Shown: positions 21,399 through 23,156 of the stretch, piece after piece | Position numbering within the stretch: position 1 is the stretch's first letter | Layout: the number at the start of each line of letters is the position of its first letter | Assembly (NCBI GenBank): GCA_002104945.1 | Contig: MCFH01000155.1 | Span: 1 to 23,156, forward strand | Reading direction: 5' to 3' | DNA length: 23,156 nucleotides | Origin: Piromyces finnis finn | Taxonomy: Eukaryota; Fungi; Neocallimastigomycota | Position numbers and translations under genes: made by a program | Notes under the pieces: generated by a model | Seen by the model: the letters and a program-made list of their open reading frames with translations, nothing else | The model's database searches: none | What the model was told of the DNA's origin: nothing

Positions 21399-23027
21399 TT
21401 AATATTTCTTTTTTGATGAATGAAGTGGTTCCTTATTTTTTTCATTTTTTATAGTTTGAATTTTGGATTTATCGTCAGACAGTGGATATTTTTCCGTGTT
21501 ATGCTTTCCATCTTCATTTAAAACATCTTCATAACTTGGAAGTAAACCCTTTTCTCCAATGCTATTCATTGTCATTACATGGTTTATATTATTCGTAGAA
21601 TTTAAAGGAACACTATATCTGTTATTTGTAGTAATAGTAGAATTAATTACTATTGAATCATCATCATCATCATCATCATGAATAGTAGTAATAGCATTAT
21701 TAGTATTTATTTCCGTAATAGTACTGTTATAATTATTATTAAAAGAAAAACTGGGGTAGAAACAATATCAAGTGTTGTATTTTCATCATTTCCTGAAATT
21801 ATAGATGGATTAATGTGAACATTATTTACAGTCGATAAAGAACTATTTCTTACATTTTTTATCATTATCTTTTAACTTTTTATTTTTTTTTATAACGAGG
21901 AATAATAAAATGCTTGAAACAATACCAATTATTCCAAACACAATAACTATTGCTAATAATGTATTACTACCACCCTTATCGGATTTAGTATCCTTATTTA
22001 AAGTATCCTTATTTAAATCATTATCAATAATTAATTTATCTGATTCTTCTTTTTCGGGAACTTGTTTGGTACTATCATCATAATTATAAAATTTACTATA
22101 TATAGACAGTACAAATAATTAATATTAATATTTATTTTAAAATAAAAAACTTTTTGTATTCATTTTATATATAATCATTAAAATGATAATCAACATAATT
22201 TAAAACTATAAACTATTTTCAATATAATCATATTGAGCAACGATATAAAAAGTACATCTATTTATATAAAAAAAAAAGAAATTACTTACAATTCATCATA
22301 TGGACGATTTAATATTTCTTGTGGCATAGTACTACTAAATCCGTTATTACTAATATTTCTGAATATCATACATGATTTATTAGATATTATTCAATTTTAG
22401 TTGTTGTTGTTGTTGTTGTTGTTTTTAAGTGGTCATGAATTATTTTTATTTTATAAATAAATAATTAATTAATTATTAATAAAGAAGCAATGATTATATA
22501 TAAACAAATATTATTAATTACATCCATCTCAATTTTAATAAATTTCCAAGCTCAGGTGGAATGGAACCACTAAAGTTATTATTTTCTATCCATCTATTAA
22601 TAACATATTTATAATAATTTTAAAAAAGAATAAAAAATAATGTAAATAATATAATTTTTTTTTTTTTTTGTTTCATTTAAAATAAGAATTAATATAATGA
22701 ATAGATAAACAAATAATATTATAAAAATCATTTACAAAGTTCTCAAGCTTGATAACTTTCCAAGTTCAGGTGGAAGGGAACCACTTAAATAATTATCACT
22801 TAATCGTCTATTTTTTTTTTTTTTTAATTAATGAAAGAGTTTTATATTTCTAATTAGAATAAATAACATTATTTTATATTTTTTTTATTTTAATAAATTA
22901 AGAATTTAAAAATAAATAAATAGATTAAACAGATAGTATATATAAATTCATTACGGTGAATCCAATTCTGTTAAATTTCCAAGTTCAGGTGGAATAGAAC
23001 CACTTTAATTTATTATCCACTAAATTT
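21399..23027 (-). CDS. LRR receptor-like single-pass membrane protein, paralog A (5' end beyond the window)
   Basis: Exons 23027-22955 (73 nt, one extra A; NLVDNKLSGSIPPELGNLTELDS), 22807-22736 (RLSDNYLSGSLPPELGKLSSLRT), 22593-22522 (WIENNNFSGSIPPELGNLLKLRW), 22358-22290 (NISNNGFSSTMPQEILNRPYDE) and 22095-21399 (stalk, TM TLLAIVIVFGIIGIVSSILLFLVI, N/T/D-rich tail with LLPSYEDV, TAA). There is no GT donor between 23030 and the window end, so the upstream exon lies outside the window. Confidence 0.88.
21658..21678. repeat. (TCA)7 trinucleotide repeat encoding poly-Asp in the tail of paralog A
   Basis: The minus strand reads cat gat gat gat gat gat gat gat tca (H-D7-S). Confidence 0.85.
21987..22016. 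repeat. 15-bp in-frame tandem duplication (LNKDT x2) in the stalk of paralog A
   Basis: agtatccttatttaa occurs twice; paralog B has one unit (LNKDAK). Confidence 0.85.
22400..22423. repeat. (GTT)8 intronic microsatellite
   Basis: Read directly; lies inside the intron 22359-22521. Confidence 0.9.
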
Positions 23028-23156
23028 CTATTTTTTTAATTAATAATGTATTTTTAGAAATGAAAAATAAAAAAAAAAAAAAGAAAATAATGTAATTATT
23101 TTATGATTCATTGGAGGAATAAAAATTTATAGAGAGATTTAAAATAAATATTATTA

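Noticed and set aside
19858-23027. Recurrent ~25-bp motif (aaatttccaagttcagg...gaacc) at semi-regular spacing as a CRISPR-like array
   Set aside because: The repeats are the conserved GSIPPELGNL codons of LRR exons, and the spacers are GT-AG introns.

Overview
This is an extremely AT-rich eukaryotic genomic window in the standard genetic code, with short GT-AG introns. Composition, intron style and the ankyrin and LRR repeat types suggest an anaerobic gut fungus (Neocallimastigomycota), but that is inference only. Bases 1-12555 form one giant, almost spacer-less inverted repeat that folds at about 6297. Each arm carries a degenerate ankyrin-repeat gene and the 5' part of a roughly 3.7-kb gene for a polytopic membrane protein with a C-terminal class-3 lipase domain, which is complete only on the right (10811-14502). 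The arms differ mainly by scattered 1-bp indels, and 1-bp frameshifts also occur in the unique part, so the assembly looks unpolished. The palindrome could be real or a fold-back read, MDA or assembly artefact. Bases 19.3-23.1 kb hold two tandem minus-strand paralogs encoding kinase-less LRR receptor-like proteins (signal peptide and Cys cap seen only in the complete copy; LRRs, stalk, one TM, tail with LPSY). Every LRR unit is its own 69- or 72-nt phase-2/phase-2 exon, and the two paralogs differ in exon content. I consider this modular receptor locus the most interesting biology here. Most entries in the supplied ORF track are antisense shadows or frameshifted fragments.
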